From an uncultured Bacilli bacterium (lineage in GTDB: Bacteria > Bacillota_I > Bacilli_A > RF39 > UBA660), in NCBI GenBank assembly GCA_944371525.1, contig CALVXP010000001.1, positions 24,860 through 88,859 on the forward strand: 64,000 bases of DNA, read 5' to 3'. Every line of letters begins with the position of its first letter. Positions within the stretch are counted from its first letter, which is position 1. The translations under genes were made by a program, and so were the position numbers. The notes beneath the pieces are model-generated. The model was not told the origin of the DNA. It did no database searches and worked only from the letters and a program-made list of their open reading frames with translations. Positions 51,512 to 62,488 of this stretch are shown in pieces.

Positions 51512-52762
51512 TTATATTAATTCTATTTTAGCACCAACCTCTTTTAGTTTTTCAACAATGTTATCGTATCCTCTTAATATATATTTTATATTATCAATAG
51601 TTGTTGTACCCTCTGCAATTAGTCCACAAATTAACATAGATGCTCCTCCTCTTAAATCTGTTGCACTAACATCGCACCCTGTTAATTTTGTTTTACCTCT
51701 TATTATTGCAGTTCTATTTTCATTAACTTTTATATTTGCACCCATTCTTATAGTATCTGGGATATTCTGAAATCTATTTTCCCATATTGTTTCAGTTACT
51801 TTACTTAATCCATTACATTGGGTTAAAAATGGTATTAATGGTTGTTGTAAATCTGTAGGAAATCCTGGATATACTAGTGTTTTAACTTTTACAGCTTTAT
51901 AATTTCCTACTTCTTTTACTGTTATGTAGTCTTCTCCTACTTCCATTTTTACTCCTGCTTCTTTTAATTTAGAAATCAATGATTCTATATGACTTGGTAT
52001 TATTTTATTTATCGTTAAATCATTTCCTAATAACGCCGCAATTATTAAATATGTTCCTGCTTCTATTCTATCAGGTATTACTTCATGGAAACATCCTTTT
52101 AAAGTGTTTACTCCTTCTATTTTAATAATGCTAGTTCCTGCTCCTGTTATTTTAGCACCCATGTTATTTAAATAAGTAGCTACATTCACTATTTCTGGTT
52201 CCTGAGCAGCATTTTCTATAACAGTTTTACCTTTTGCTTTTACTGCTGCTAGCATTATATTTATTGTTGCTCCAACACTTGGAATATCTAAATATATTTT
52301 ATTTCCTTTAAGTTCTTTAGCTTCTAACTTAATATAACTTCCTTCTTCGCTAATAGTAGCTCCTAACTTTTCAAAACCTTTTAAGTGCAAATCTATTGGT
52401 CTTTCTCCAATTGAACATCCTCCTGGAAAATACATTTCAACTTTATGAAATTTACCAAGTAAAGCTCCCATAAAATAATATGATGCTCTTAATTTTACTG
52501 ATAATTCTTCTGGAATTATTTTGTTTTCCACATTTTTAGAATCAATAATGACAGTATTTTTTTCTCTTTTAACATCAGCATTTAAACACATTAATATTTC
52601 TTCTAAACTATCAACATCTGAAATTTCTGGAACATTCATTATTGTTGTTTCTTCATCGCATAATATAGCCGCAGGAATTAAAGCTACTGCACTATTTTTA
52701 GCACCACTTATATTAATTACTCCTCTTAATAAATTCCCACCTTCTATTTTAAATTTAGACAT
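51512..52762 (-). CDS. murA: UDP-N-acetylglucosamine 1-carboxyvinyltransferase
   Basis: EPSP synthase fold. Catalytic Cys in GGCSIGERPID. Confidence 0.9.
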   Translation of the reverse strand: MSKFKIEGGNLLRGVINISGAKNSAVALIPAAILCDEETTIMNVPEISDVDSLEEILMCLNADVKREKNTVIIDSKNVENKIIPEELSVKLRASYYFMGALLGKFHKVEMYFPGGCSIGERPIDLHLKGFEKLGATISEEGSYIKLEAKELKGNKIYLDIPSVGATINIMLAAVKAKGKTVIENAAQEPEIVNVATYLNNMGAKITGAGTSIIKIEGVNTLKGCFHEVIPDRIEAGTYLIIAALLGNDLTINKIIPSHIESLISKLKEAGVKMEVGEDYITVKEVGNYKAVKVKTLVYPGFPTDLQQPLIPFLTQCNGLSKVTETIWENRFQNIPDTIRMGANIKVNENRTAIIRGKTKLTGCDVSATDLRGGASMLICGLIAEGTTTIDNIKYILRGYDNIVEKLKEVGAKIELI

Positions 52763-52866
52763 AATGTTTCCTCCTAACTTATTATATGTAATATAATATT
52801 TTGTGTTTTTGTCTTAAAAATATTATTTACTCCTCCTTTTTAGCCAAATTATTGTAGCATATACAA

Positions 52867-53439
52867 TTATTCATTGTCAATTATTTTATTTTTTATAATA
52901 CTTTCTATTTCTTTTACTGCTGTGACTAAGTCGTCATTAATTATTATATAATCATATAAATAAGTATTTCTATTTTCAATAACTGCCGTTTTTAATCTTT
53001 CTTCTATTTGTTCTTGTGTTTCAGTTCCCCTTTTTATAAGCCTATTTTTTAATTCATCCATTGAAGGAGGCAATAAATATATTAATAAACTGTTTTTAAA
53101 ATCTTTCTTTATTTGTTTTGCACCTTGCACATCTATTTCACTAATTATATTTTTGCCATTTTTAATTTTACTTAAAATTTCACTTTTTAGTGTCCCATAA
53201 TATTCATTATTATATATTGCATATTCCACAAACTCATCATTTTCTATTTTCTTTTTAAAATTCATTTTATTAGTAAAATAGTAATGCACCCCTTCTTTTT
53301 CATAATCTCTTTTTTCTCTTGTAGTCATTGATACAGAATATTCTAAATCTATATTTTTATTTTTCATAAGAATATCACAAATAGTACCTTTTCCCACTCC
53401 AGAAGGACCTGATATAACAATAAATAATCCTTTTCTCAT
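52867..53439 (-). CDS. gmk: Guanylate kinase
   Basis: GPSGVGKGT P-loop. Confidence 0.9.
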   Translation of the reverse strand: MRKGLFIVISGPSGVGKGTICDILMKNKNIDLEYSVSMTTREKRDYEKEGVHYYFTNKMNFKKKIENDEFVEYAIYNNEYYGTLKSEILSKIKNGKNIISEIDVQGAKQIKKDFKNSLLIYLLPPSMDELKNRLIKRGTETQEQIEERLKTAVIENRNTYLYDYIIINDDLVTAVKEIESIIKNKIIDNE

Positions 53440-54062
53440 TAAATTTTCTTCTTTCCTTTTTTATTTGTAACTTTTTTCTTTATCGGTATTTCTTTTGTTA
53501 ATTCTTTATCTTCTTCTATATCAATATTTTTTTCCTTTTCACTATCTTGTATTTCTTCTAGATGTATTTTTTCATTATCATTATTATTTTTTTTATTTAA
53601 ATTTATTTTGTCTAATAAATTTCTAAAACTAGGAACAAAAAATCCAATGACTGGCATTTTATAATTTTCATAATACCAAGTTTTCATTGATGTAACTATA
53701 ACAACTAATGTAATTAACACCGTTATAGTTACAGATAATATATTCATTGTAGATACCACTAAAGTAGAACCTGAAAAGTTATTTAAATTTAGACCTACAT
53801 TATAACTAGTTGGAAACATCACAATCCATATTAAATTAAATATTAAAGTTATTATCGATACAAATATATATAAAATTGTTGCTTGAGCCATTTGATTCTT
53901 TACATATTCACTTTTTTTCTCTATTATATATATGAATAAAGGCAATAGCCATGCAAAATAATTAATAATTATTATCCATGTTAAAAATAAACCGCCTAGA
54001 TATCCTATTAAAACAACTATGTTTGCATCTATTCCTCCAATTGATGATTTATTATCTTTCAT
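53439..54062 (-). CDS. Membrane protein, unknown (4 TM, lysine-rich C-terminal tail)
   Basis: ORF plus hydrophobicity. Confidence 0.4.
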   Translation of the reverse strand: MKDNKSSIGGIDANIVVLIGYLGGLFLTWIIIINYFAWLLPLFIYIIEKKSEYVKNQMAQATILYIFVSIITLIFNLIWIVMFPTSYNVGLNLNNFSGSTLVVSTMNILSVTITVLITLVVIVTSMKTWYYENYKMPVIGFFVPSFRNLLDKINLNKKNNNDNEKIHLEEIQDSEKEKNIDIEEDKELTKEIPIKKKVTNKKGKKKI

Positions 54063-54230
54063 ATAGTCCCTCCATTTTCAAATTAATTATACTATATTTT
54101 CAAAATTTAGTCATTGTTTTTATTAGATTAAAGATTTTTTTACATAAATTATGATATAATTAAACATATATTAATGTTTTCACATATTTTAAACATAATT
54201 TTATTATATTTTTATATGGAGGGATTTTTT

Positions 54231-55544
54231 ATGAAAATATATAATTCATTAACAGATAAAATTGAAGAATTTAAGCCAATAAAGGAAAACGAAGTTACAA
54301 TGTATGTATGTGGACCTACTGTTTACAATTATGTGCATATAGGAAATATGAGACCTGTAATAACTTTTGATATGGTTTATAAATACTTTAAATATTTAGG
54401 ATATAAAGTTACTTATGCATCTAATTTTACAGATATTAACCCCAAAATAATTACTATGGCCAAAGAAATGGGAATAACTGAAAGAGAAGTTGCTGATAAA
54501 TTTATTGATGCTTATTTAAAAGATTTAGAAAGTTATAATTGTTCAAACATCGATGAAAGACCAACTGTTATAGAACACTTAGATGATATTTTTACTTTTA
54601 TAAAAAAATTAATTGAAAAAGATTATGCTTATGAAAAAGATGGCGATGTTTATTTTAGAGTTAATAAAATTAAAGATTATGGGATTCTATCTAACCAAAA
54701 TATATTAGAATTAGAATCTGGTTCCAGAGTAGAAATTGACGATAAAAAAGAAGATCCGCTTGATTTTGCTTTATGGAGAAAAACGACTGAAGGAGAACAA
54801 TTTTTATCTCCTTGGGGAAAAGGTATTCCTGGATGGCATACTGAATGCGTAGTAATGATTAATAGCATATTTGGTAATAAAATAGACATTCATGGAGGAG
54901 GAGTTGACTTAAAATTCCCACATCATGAAAATGAAATTGCTCAAAGTATGGCTTTAAATAATAATCATTTAGCAAATTACTGGATGCATAACGGTCATAT
55001 TAATGTAAATGGAGAAAAAATGAGTAAAAGTTTGGGTAATTTTATATTAGCAAAAGACTTTATAAAAATGCATGATGCTAATATAATTAAAATTGCTTTG
55101 TTTAAAACACATTATAGATTACCACTTAATTTTACTGATGAATTATTTAATGAAGCAAATATTATAAACGATAAAATCAAAAACGGATTAAAGCAGGCAA
55201 ATATTTACCTTAATACCAATCAAATAGATAATAATTTTAATATTAAAGATACAACATTCGAGGAATACATGAACGATGATTTTAATACACCAAATGTTAT
55301 TAGTTATTTAATTGAATTAGTAAAAAATTTAAATAGTGAATTGAGAAATAATGGAAATAATATAGTTAATATAACTAAAAAAATTGTAACTATTACTAGT
55401 GTTTTAGGACTTAAATATGACCTTCCAAAATGGGAAAAAGATGATTTTGAAAATTATAACAAATGGCAAGAATATAGAAATTTAAAAAATTTTGAAAAAG
55501 CTGATATGTATAGAAAAAAATTAATCGAAAAAAATATTATTTAA
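54231..55544 (+). CDS. cysS: Cysteinyl-tRNA synthetase
   Basis: HIGN and KMSKS motifs. Start moved to MKIYNSL (GGAGGG RBS). Confidence 0.9.
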   Translation: MKIYNSLTDKIEEFKPIKENEVTMYVCGPTVYNYVHIGNMRPVITFDMVYKYFKYLGYKVTYASNFTDINPKIITMAKEMGITEREVADKFIDAYLKDLESYNCSNIDERPTVIEHLDDIFTFIKKLIEKDYAYEKDGDVYFRVNKIKDYGILSNQNILELESGSRVEIDDKKEDPLDFALWRKTTEGEQFLSPWGKGIPGWHTECVVMINSIFGNKIDIHGGGVDLKFPHHENEIAQSMALNNNHLANYWMHNGHINVNGEKMSKSLGNFILAKDFIKMHDANIIKIALFKTHYRLPLNFTDELFNEANIINDKIKNGLKQANIYLNTNQIDNNFNIKDTTFEEYMNDDFNTPNVISYLIELVKNLNSELRNNGNNIVNITKKIVTITSVLGLKYDLPKWEKDDFENYNKWQEYRNLKNFEKADMYRKKLIEKNII

Positions 55545-55556
55545 GGAGATGATAAA

Positions 55557-56240
55557 ATGGATTATTTTTTTATCAATTATGGACTTTTACTTTTAGGGGC
55601 TATTATTACAATAATAGCCCAAATATTTGTTACTTCTAGTTATAATAAATATAAAAAAGTAAAAAATAAAAATGGATTAACGGGATTTGAAGTTGCTAGA
55701 AAAATTCTTGATGAAAACGGATTACAAAATATTCATATAGTAGAAATTAAAGGAAATTTAACAGATCATTATGATCCAAGCAGAAAAGTTGTTCGTTTGT
55801 CTACTGAAATATTTAATGGTACTTCTATTGCATCAACTTCGGTAGCAGCTCATGAATGTGGCCATGCTATTCAAGACAAAGATAATTATAATTTTATGCG
55901 AATAAGAAGCAAGTTAGTTCCTATAGTTAATTTATCATCCAAACTAGGTTATCTTGCAGTGTTCATAGGACTTATTTTTAGTTTATTTGATTTAGCTATT
56001 TTTGGAATTATATTATTACTAGCAATGTTACTATTTGAATTAGTAACTCTTCCTGTTGAATTAGACGCCTCAAATAGAGCAGCAAAACAAATAGATAAAT
56101 TAAATTTATTAGAAAATGAGGAAAAAGATTATAGTAAATCAATGCTAAAAGCAGCAGCATTTACATATGTAGCATCTTTAATTACTACATTATTACAAAT
56201 ATTGAGATTATTTTTAATTGCAACAAACAGTAGAGATTAA
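55557..56240 (+). CDS. Putative neutral zinc metallopeptidase (YpfJ-like), membrane-associated
   Basis: HECGHAIQ (HExxH). TM helices. Confidence 0.6.
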   Translation: MDYFFINYGLLLLGAIITIIAQIFVTSSYNKYKKVKNKNGLTGFEVARKILDENGLQNIHIVEIKGNLTDHYDPSRKVVRLSTEIFNGTSIASTSVAAHECGHAIQDKDNYNFMRIRSKLVPIVNLSSKLGYLAVFIGLIFSLFDLAIFGIILLLAMLLFELVTLPVELDASNRAAKQIDKLNLLENEEKDYSKSMLKAAAFTYVASLITTLLQILRLFLIATNSRD

Positions 56241-56243
56241 AAT

Positions 56244-56289
56244 AAAACCTATAAGTTTTTTAAGACTTATAGGTTAATTTTTTTTCTCT
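56244..56289. terminator. Bidirectional terminator
   Basis: aacctataagt-tttttaag-acttataggtt followed by T8. Confidence 0.55.
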
Positions 56290-57774
56290 TGAATCATTCA
56301 ATATAAATACTAATTCTTCATCACCATTTATCAAATCAAATGAAAATCCATTTGTATTTAATTCATATTTTATAACATCAGCTACAGTTATTATGTCACC
56401 TTTGTTTTTGCCTAAATTCATTACATAATAATTATATATTAATTTACTAACAATTTCGTTAATTTTTATTAAAATTGGATTTAATTTTTTAGGCATTTCT
56501 ACACTTATATACCTTCTTGTTTCAAAATCAGAATTTTCATAAAAATCTGTTTCCTTTTTGTATGCATTTAACCACTTAAATAATATATTATCCCTTTCTG
56601 TTAAATTATATTTTATATTACTTAAAATATACACTATTTTTTCCTTCAAAGTACCATAATGAAGAGTATTATATAAAAACATAATATTCCTAATATCTTT
56701 ATTAGCAAAATCTTTAACTATAAATATGCTTATTATATCATTAGCAGGTATTTCATAAAAAGCATATAATTCATCTATATAATTACTTTTATCATAAGGA
56801 AGACCTTTACAAATTGCCTCAGCCCTTCTGTTATAATCTAATGGTTTATATAGTTTTTGATTATTACATAAAAAAGTTATTCCACTTCTTATGAAATTTT
56901 TAAATGCTTCTCCATTTTTATCAATTAAACTAGTAGGAACAACAGATATCCAATGTAAATAATTTCCACCATCAAAATTTTTTGGAAATCTCAAGTTCTC
57001 TGATTGCATTTTTTTATAAGATAATATTCCTTTTGTCAATATACTTTTTAACCTAAAAAAATCAAATCCTACACTATGTAAACAATCTCCATTAATACAC
57101 TCCAATTCAGTTATATCAAAATTATTTATTTCCATTAACCTATAATATTCTTTATTCATTTCTACTGCTAAAGGTATTAATTCATGCGTTATATTAAATC
57201 TTAAAAATTTACTGTTTAATGCTGCATTACTTTTATCTACAAATCTTTTTCTATCAAGTGCATCTGCATCTTTTAATATTTTAGCTAAAATTTCATAACG
57301 CTCATAATGTTCTTCATCTATTTCATAATTTTCAAAATTAATTCTTAATTTTCTATCATTTTGAGAATGATAATCTATTATAGCTTTTAATATTTTTAAA
57401 TTATTACTATCGCTATATATATCGGTATTTACTACCTCTTCTATCATATTTGCACTAGCTAATCCATGAAATGAATCTTCAAAATCATTAATTCTTCCTA
57501 TATCATGATATATTGCAGCATCTAATAATATTTCCATATCGACTTGATCTAATTTTTGATCTAAACCTATCAAATATGCATTAAGTGCTACTTTCTCACT
57601 GTGATAAATACCATGTATATCACTTTTATACATATATTCTTTTTTTATTTCTCTTATTCTTTTTTTAAAATATTTTATTTCTTCATAAGATAATTTATTT
57701 AATATTTGTTTTAAAATAGATTTATTTTCTAATTTATCTGTGTCTTTTATTAAAGTTTCCATAAAGCTTTCCAT
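56260..57774 (-). CDS. HD-domain phosphohydrolase N-terminus fused to an unknown 300-aa C-terminal region
   Basis: H...HD...H...D pattern: IHGIYHSEK / AIYHDIGR / DADALDRKRF. Confidence 0.55.
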   Translation of the reverse strand: MESFMETLIKDTDKLENKSILKQILNKLSYEEIKYFKKRIREIKKEYMYKSDIHGIYHSEKVALNAYLIGLDQKLDQVDMEILLDAAIYHDIGRINDFEDSFHGLASANMIEEVVNTDIYSDSNNLKILKAIIDYHSQNDRKLRINFENYEIDEEHYERYEILAKILKDADALDRKRFVDKSNAALNSKFLRFNITHELIPLAVEMNKEYYRLMEINNFDITELECINGDCLHSVGFDFFRLKSILTKGILSYKKMQSENLRFPKNFDGGNYLHWISVVPTSLIDKNGEAFKNFIRSGITFLCNNQKLYKPLDYNRRAEAICKGLPYDKSNYIDELYAFYEIPANDIISIFIVKDFANKDIRNIMFLYNTLHYGTLKEKIVYILSNIKYNLTERDNILFKWLNAYKKETDFYENSDFETRRYISVEMPKKLNPILIKINEIVSKLIYNYYVMNLGKNKGDIITVADVIKYELNTNGFSFDLINGDEELVFILNDSREKKLTYKS

Positions 57775-58963
57775 GTTGTATCTCCTCTATTTTTTCTTTT
57801 TCATATTCTGACAAATCAACATATTCTGATATTTCTTCATATGTTTTTTTATATATATATTTTGTTCTATCATAAACAGCATCATAATAAAACCAGCCAT
57901 CAACAGTTTTAATTCTCAATAAAGCATGATTATTTACTATCGAATAATTATATCTTCGATCATGGCAATGAACATTCTCACTATCAATACCTAACATACT
58001 AAGCATTATATGCATTAAATTGACTATTCCTTCACAATTACCATAATTAAAATGAAAAGTACTATAACTATTGTGTAAAAAACTTAATCTTTTTTTATAG
58101 AAATCTGGTATTCCATTATATTTGTTTAATATTTCTTCATATAATGTTTCTCTTTCAATTAATTCATTTTGGGCAAATTTAATTCTTAAACCATATTCAT
58201 AAACATATTGTATTTTTTCTTCTTCTGTTTTTTCAAAAACTTTATTTGCTTGTAATCTTCTTCTTAACTTTGTGTATAATTCAGTAATATTAGATAAATA
58301 TGTAGTAGTATATTGTAATAATCCACTTTTTTCTGAAAATTGAACATTTATTTTACCACTTATTGATTTTTCGTACAATTTTTTAGAATCTTTTACTGAT
58401 TTTATTTTTGAAAAATATGTGTCTGAATCTAATATATTTACAGTAGCATCTAGGGTATTATTTAAATATTCATCAAAATCTTCAAAAACTTTTATATTAT
58501 TGCCATACATTACAACCATTTCTAAAAAATGAAGATTGCCCATATTAAGTAAATGAGTTAAATTAGGATTATTCGCTAAAGTTAATTTCTTTAAATTAAC
58601 TAGTTCTTTTAAACTTATCTTTTCTATATTAATATCATTTATTATTTCTAATTCTTCTAGTTGAACAAGATTTTCTATTACACTAAAATCTTTTATATTA
58701 TTAAATAATATATTATTTTGATAAGAGCCTCCTTCTAAAACATTACTATAATCTTCACTATATATTCTTAGTTTTTTTAAACATGGTAAATATGCTAAAA
58801 AATTTATATCTTCCATTCCTTGAATAGTTAATTCTTTTATTTTAGACAAATCTTCCATATTAAAATAACTAAAATTTTTAGATGTTATCGATAAAAATCT
58901 ATCAACACCTTGTTTCTTTAATTCATTATCTAAAAATATTGCCGTTACTAAATCAAAATCCAT
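57734..58963 (-). CDS. Leucine-rich-repeat N-terminus plus transglutaminase-like cysteine peptidase C-terminus
   Basis: LRR blocks such as LxxLxxLxLxxN. GNCEG (Cys), NHALLRI (His), WFYYDAVYD (Asp). 41-nt overlap with the HD gene. Confidence 0.5.
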   Translation of the reverse strand: MDFDLVTAIFLDNELKKQGVDRFLSITSKNFSYFNMEDLSKIKELTIQGMEDINFLAYLPCLKKLRIYSEDYSNVLEGGSYQNNILFNNIKDFSVIENLVQLEELEIINDINIEKISLKELVNLKKLTLANNPNLTHLLNMGNLHFLEMVVMYGNNIKVFEDFDEYLNNTLDATVNILDSDTYFSKIKSVKDSKKLYEKSISGKINVQFSEKSGLLQYTTTYLSNITELYTKLRRRLQANKVFEKTEEEKIQYVYEYGLRIKFAQNELIERETLYEEILNKYNGIPDFYKKRLSFLHNSYSTFHFNYGNCEGIVNLMHIMLSMLGIDSENVHCHDRRYNYSIVNNHALLRIKTVDGWFYYDAVYDRTKYIYKKTYEEISEYVDLSEYEKEKIEEIQHGKLYGNFNKRHR

Positions 58964-59092
58964 AAATTCACTTCCAAAACTTAAATTTGTTAATATTTTA
59001 TCATATTAGTAAAAATAGGTCAAATTATTTGATTTTTAACAAATTTGCTTTATTTATTTTTTTTTGTTATAATTAATTTGGGTGGTTATATT

Positions 59093-59674
59093 ATGAAAAT
59101 TAATAATGTGAATTTACCAATTACTGCTGTTAGAAAAAGTCAATATCCCGCTGATGATAAATGTGAATTTTTATTAGTTGGAAGAAGTAATGTTGGTAAA
59201 AGTAGTTTTATTAATACATTAATTAATCGTAAAAACTTTGCTAGAACTTCAGCAACTCCTGGGAAAACTCAAACATTAAACTTTTTTTTAATAAATAATG
59301 AGTTTTATTTAGTTGATGTTCCAGGATATGGATTTGCTAGGGTTAGTAAAAAGCTTAAAAATAAGTTTGGAATGATAATTGAAGATTATTTAGAATCTAG
59401 AAAAAATTTGAAAAATGTGTTTATGCTTGTTGATTTTAGACATAAACCTACTTATGACGATGTTTTAATGTATAATTTCTTACAATACTACAATATACCT
59501 GTTACTATAGTAGCCACTAAAATTGACAAAGTAAAAAAATCTTTACACGATAAAAACAAAAATTTAATAATTAAAGAATTAGGAATATCTGAAAATGATA
59601 TAATATTATTCTCTACGATAACAAAAGTAGGAAAAGAAGAAATACTAAATAAAATTGAAACTATGTTGAACTAA
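59093..59674 (+). CDS. ysxC: Ribosome biogenesis GTPase YsxC/EngB
   Basis: GRSNVGKSS G1 box and DVPGYGF. Start moved to MKINNVNL. Confidence 0.85.
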   Translation: MKINNVNLPITAVRKSQYPADDKCEFLLVGRSNVGKSSFINTLINRKNFARTSATPGKTQTLNFFLINNEFYLVDVPGYGFARVSKKLKNKFGMIIEDYLESRKNLKNVFMLVDFRHKPTYDDVLMYNFLQYYNIPVTIVATKIDKVKKSLHDKNKNLIIKELGISENDIILFSTITKVGKEEILNKIETMLN

Positions 59675-59721
59675 CTAGTTTCCTTTTTTATAAAATTTCA
59701 TACATTATTTTAGGTGATATA

Positions 59722-60198
59722 ATGTATTTTAAATGTTTAAGTGATAACCAATATTTATTAATTGTTGATAATATAGAAATTAATAATATTGATGTATTTG
59801 ACAATGCAGAATTAAAAAAATTTATTGGTAAAATATTGCCTAAATATTTAAAAAAAATTACTAATAATGGTTTTTTTACTCTAGATATTTATTGGAATAA
59901 TTATTTTGGAATGATTTTTGATATAAAAAAAGAAAAAAGGAATAATAAATTTAATTATATAGATTTAAAAATAAAATTTCATCTTAATAGTGAGATTTTA
60001 TATAAAATAGATTATTTTAATTTGAAAGAATTAAATAATATAAAAAAGCAGAAAATATTTTATTATAAATGTAATTATTACTTAAAACTAATTAATCCTA
60101 TTTCCAACAATAGTTTTATTAAACTAATGGATTATAGCGAAATTATTTATAGTAATTATCAAGATATTGTACATAAAGGAATTAAACTATATATATAG
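59722..60198 (+). CDS. Hypothetical 158-aa protein (weak MecA-adaptor-like N-terminus)
   Basis: ORF only. Confidence 0.3.
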   Translation: MYFKCLSDNQYLLIVDNIEINNIDVFDNAELKKFIGKILPKYLKKITNNGFFTLDIYWNNYFGMIFDIKKEKRNNKFNYIDLKIKFHLNSEILYKIDYFNLKELNNIKKQKIFYYKCNYYLKLINPISNNSFIKLMDYSEIIYSNYQDIVHKGIKLYI

Positions 60199-60249
60199 TT
60201 TGATTTTATTTTAATAAATGGTATAATAATCAAGGAAAGAGGTGTTATT

Positions 60250-61560
60250 ATGAAATTACCAACTGTTGCTTTAGTAGGAAGACCTAATGTTGGAAAATCA
60301 ACAGTTTTCAACAGACTTGTGGGAAAAAGAGTTTCAATTATTGAAGATACTCCCGGTGTTACTAGAGATAGAATCTATGGAGATGTTTATTACAAAAATT
60401 TTAAATTTCACTTAATAGATACTGGTGGTATAGATGTAAGCAAGGATATCTTTAATGATGAAATAAGAATACAATCTCAAATTGCTATTGACGAATCAGA
60501 TATAGTTGTTTTCATTGTTGATGGAAAAGATGAATTAAATGCTAATGACTATGAAATTAGAGATATACTAAAAAAATCTGGAAAAGAAGTTATTGTAGCC
60601 GTTAATAAAATAGATAACAAAAATAGAGATGAATATGTATATAACTTTTATGAATTAGGATTTGAAAATGTAATTGGAATATCAGGAGAACACAATTTAG
60701 GTATAACAGAATTACTAGATAACATAACAAAAAATTTTAAGCCTATTACTGAGGAAAATAGTGATGACTCTGTTATTAAATTTTCTATCATTGGAAGACC
60801 TAATGTTGGAAAAAGCAGTTTAACTAATGCTATATTAAATGAAGAGAAAGCTATTGTTAGTAATATACCAGGTACTACAAGAGATGCTGTTGATACACCA
60901 TTTAAATATGACGGCATGAACTTTGTTGCTATTGATACTGCGGGAATTAGAAAAAGTGGAAAAATTTATGAAAACATAGAAAAATATAGTGTTTTAAGAA
61001 GCATGAAAGCTATTGAAAGAAGTGATGTTTGTGTACTTGTTATTAATGCCGAGGAAGGAATTATTGAACATGATAAACATATAGCAAGCTACGCATTAGA
61101 ATCTGGTAAAGCAATGGTTATTGTGGTTAATAAGTGGGACACTGTTAAAGATAAAAATGATATAGCTTCATTTACTAAATTAGTACGAGCAGAATTTAAA
61201 TTTTTATCATATGTACCAATTGTATTTCTATCAGCACTTACTAAAAAAAGAATACATACTCTTATGCCAGAAATAATTAAAGTTTACGAAAATAGTAAAA
61301 AAGAAATGAAAACCAGCATACTTAATGATGTTATAAGAGATGCCGTATTATTAAACGAACCACCTTCTTATAAAGGAAAAAGATTAAAAATTTATTTTGT
61401 TAATCAATCAGGAATAAAACCTCCTAAATTTACTTTTAGTGTAAATAGTAAAGGACTTGTCCATTTTTCTTATGAAAGATATTTAGAAAATAAAATAAGA
61501 GAAAATTTTGATTTAGAAGGGACTCCGATAATACTACAATTTAAAAATAAAAATGAATAA
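60250..61560 (+). CDS. der: Ribosome-associated GTPase Der/EngA (tandem G domains plus KH-like)
   Basis: Two G domains: GRPNVGKST and GRPNVGKSS. Confidence 0.9.
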   Translation: MKLPTVALVGRPNVGKSTVFNRLVGKRVSIIEDTPGVTRDRIYGDVYYKNFKFHLIDTGGIDVSKDIFNDEIRIQSQIAIDESDIVVFIVDGKDELNANDYEIRDILKKSGKEVIVAVNKIDNKNRDEYVYNFYELGFENVIGISGEHNLGITELLDNITKNFKPITEENSDDSVIKFSIIGRPNVGKSSLTNAILNEEKAIVSNIPGTTRDAVDTPFKYDGMNFVAIDTAGIRKSGKIYENIEKYSVLRSMKAIERSDVCVLVINAEEGIIEHDKHIASYALESGKAMVIVVNKWDTVKDKNDIASFTKLVRAEFKFLSYVPIVFLSALTKKRIHTLMPEIIKVYENSKKEMKTSILNDVIRDAVLLNEPPSYKGKRLKIYFVNQSGIKPPKFTFSVNSKGLVHFSYERYLENKIRENFDLEGTPIILQFKNKNE

Positions 61561-61605
61561 CCAAATTAGGCCTTCTACATATATTATATTGTAGGAGGTT
61601 TTTTA

Positions 61606-61857
61606 ATGAGTTTTTCAGATAGCTTTTTTAAAAAAATAGAAAAAAAAACTAATGTTAATAAAGAAACTATATTATCGTTAGCTAGTAAATTACAACAAGG
61701 GAATATGAAAGATGAAAATACTTTAAGAGAAGTAATACATGATATATCTAATATGACAGGTAGAGAGGTATCAAAAGAAAAGGAACAAAAAATTATTAAT
61801 GCCGTATTAAATGATAAAGTTCCTTCTAATTTAGATAAATTTATTGATAATGACTAA
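61606..61857 (+). CDS. Small hypothetical protein, possibly sporulation-associated (SpoVIF-like)
   Basis: 83 aa. Weak resemblance only. Confidence 0.3.
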   Translation: MSFSDSFFKKIEKKTNVNKETILSLASKLQQGNMKDENTLREVIHDISNMTGREVSKEKEQKIINAVLNDKVPSNLDKFIDND

Positions 61858-62488
61858 TATTACTATTGGAATTATAGGTAGAGATGAAGAAATAAACAAT
61901 ACTAAATATCAAGCAATAACTAAAAATAATCTTAAATATTTACACAACAAGTGTAATTATATTGGTATATTAAATTATAATAATAAAGATAATATTAATA
62001 CTAATATTTTAGATTTATGTGATGGAATTATATTTCAAGGAGGAAGCACAATTTATGAATATCATTTCAACATTCTAAAATATGCAATAAAAAAGAAGAT
62101 ACCTGTATTAGGAATATGTATGGGACATCAAATTATTGGATTATACAGTAATAATCAAAAAGAAAAAGACCTAATTAAAATAAATAATCATTATATGTTA
62201 AACAATACACACAAAATAAATATTAATAAAAATTCTATTTTATATAATTTATTTGGCGATCAAATTAATGTTAATTCAAGACATCTATATAAATTAGAAA
62301 AAGTAACAAAACCTTTTATTATTTCAGCTTATTCTGATGACAATACAATAGAAGCAATAGAACTTGTTGATAAAGAAAATTTTATCTTAGGAATTCAATG
62401 GCATCCAGAGGATATGAATAATATGAGTGCTTTATATGATACTTTTATAAACGAAATAAAAATAAGAAAAAATAAGAAAATTAATTAG
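61844..62488 (+). CDS. Class I glutamine amidotransferase-like / peptidase C26 family hydrolase
   Basis: GICMGHQ catalytic Cys and the WHPE His region. Confidence 0.6.
   Translation: MIMTNITIGIIGRDEEINNTKYQAITKNNLKYLHNKCNYIGILNYNNKDNINTNILDLCDGIIFQGGSTIYEYHFNILKYAIKKKIPVLGICMGHQIIGLYSNNQKEKDLIKINNHYMLNNTHKININKNSILYNLFGDQINVNSRHLYKLEKVTKPFIISAYSDDNTIEAIELVDKENFILGIQWHPEDMNNMSALYDTFINEIKIRKNKKIN

Noticed and set aside
54063-54230. Looked for a T-box riboswitch leader upstream of cysS.
   Set aside because: The gap is only about 170 nt, very AT-rich, with no T-box consensus (AGGGTGGNACCGCG) or specifier/antiterminator architecture visible.
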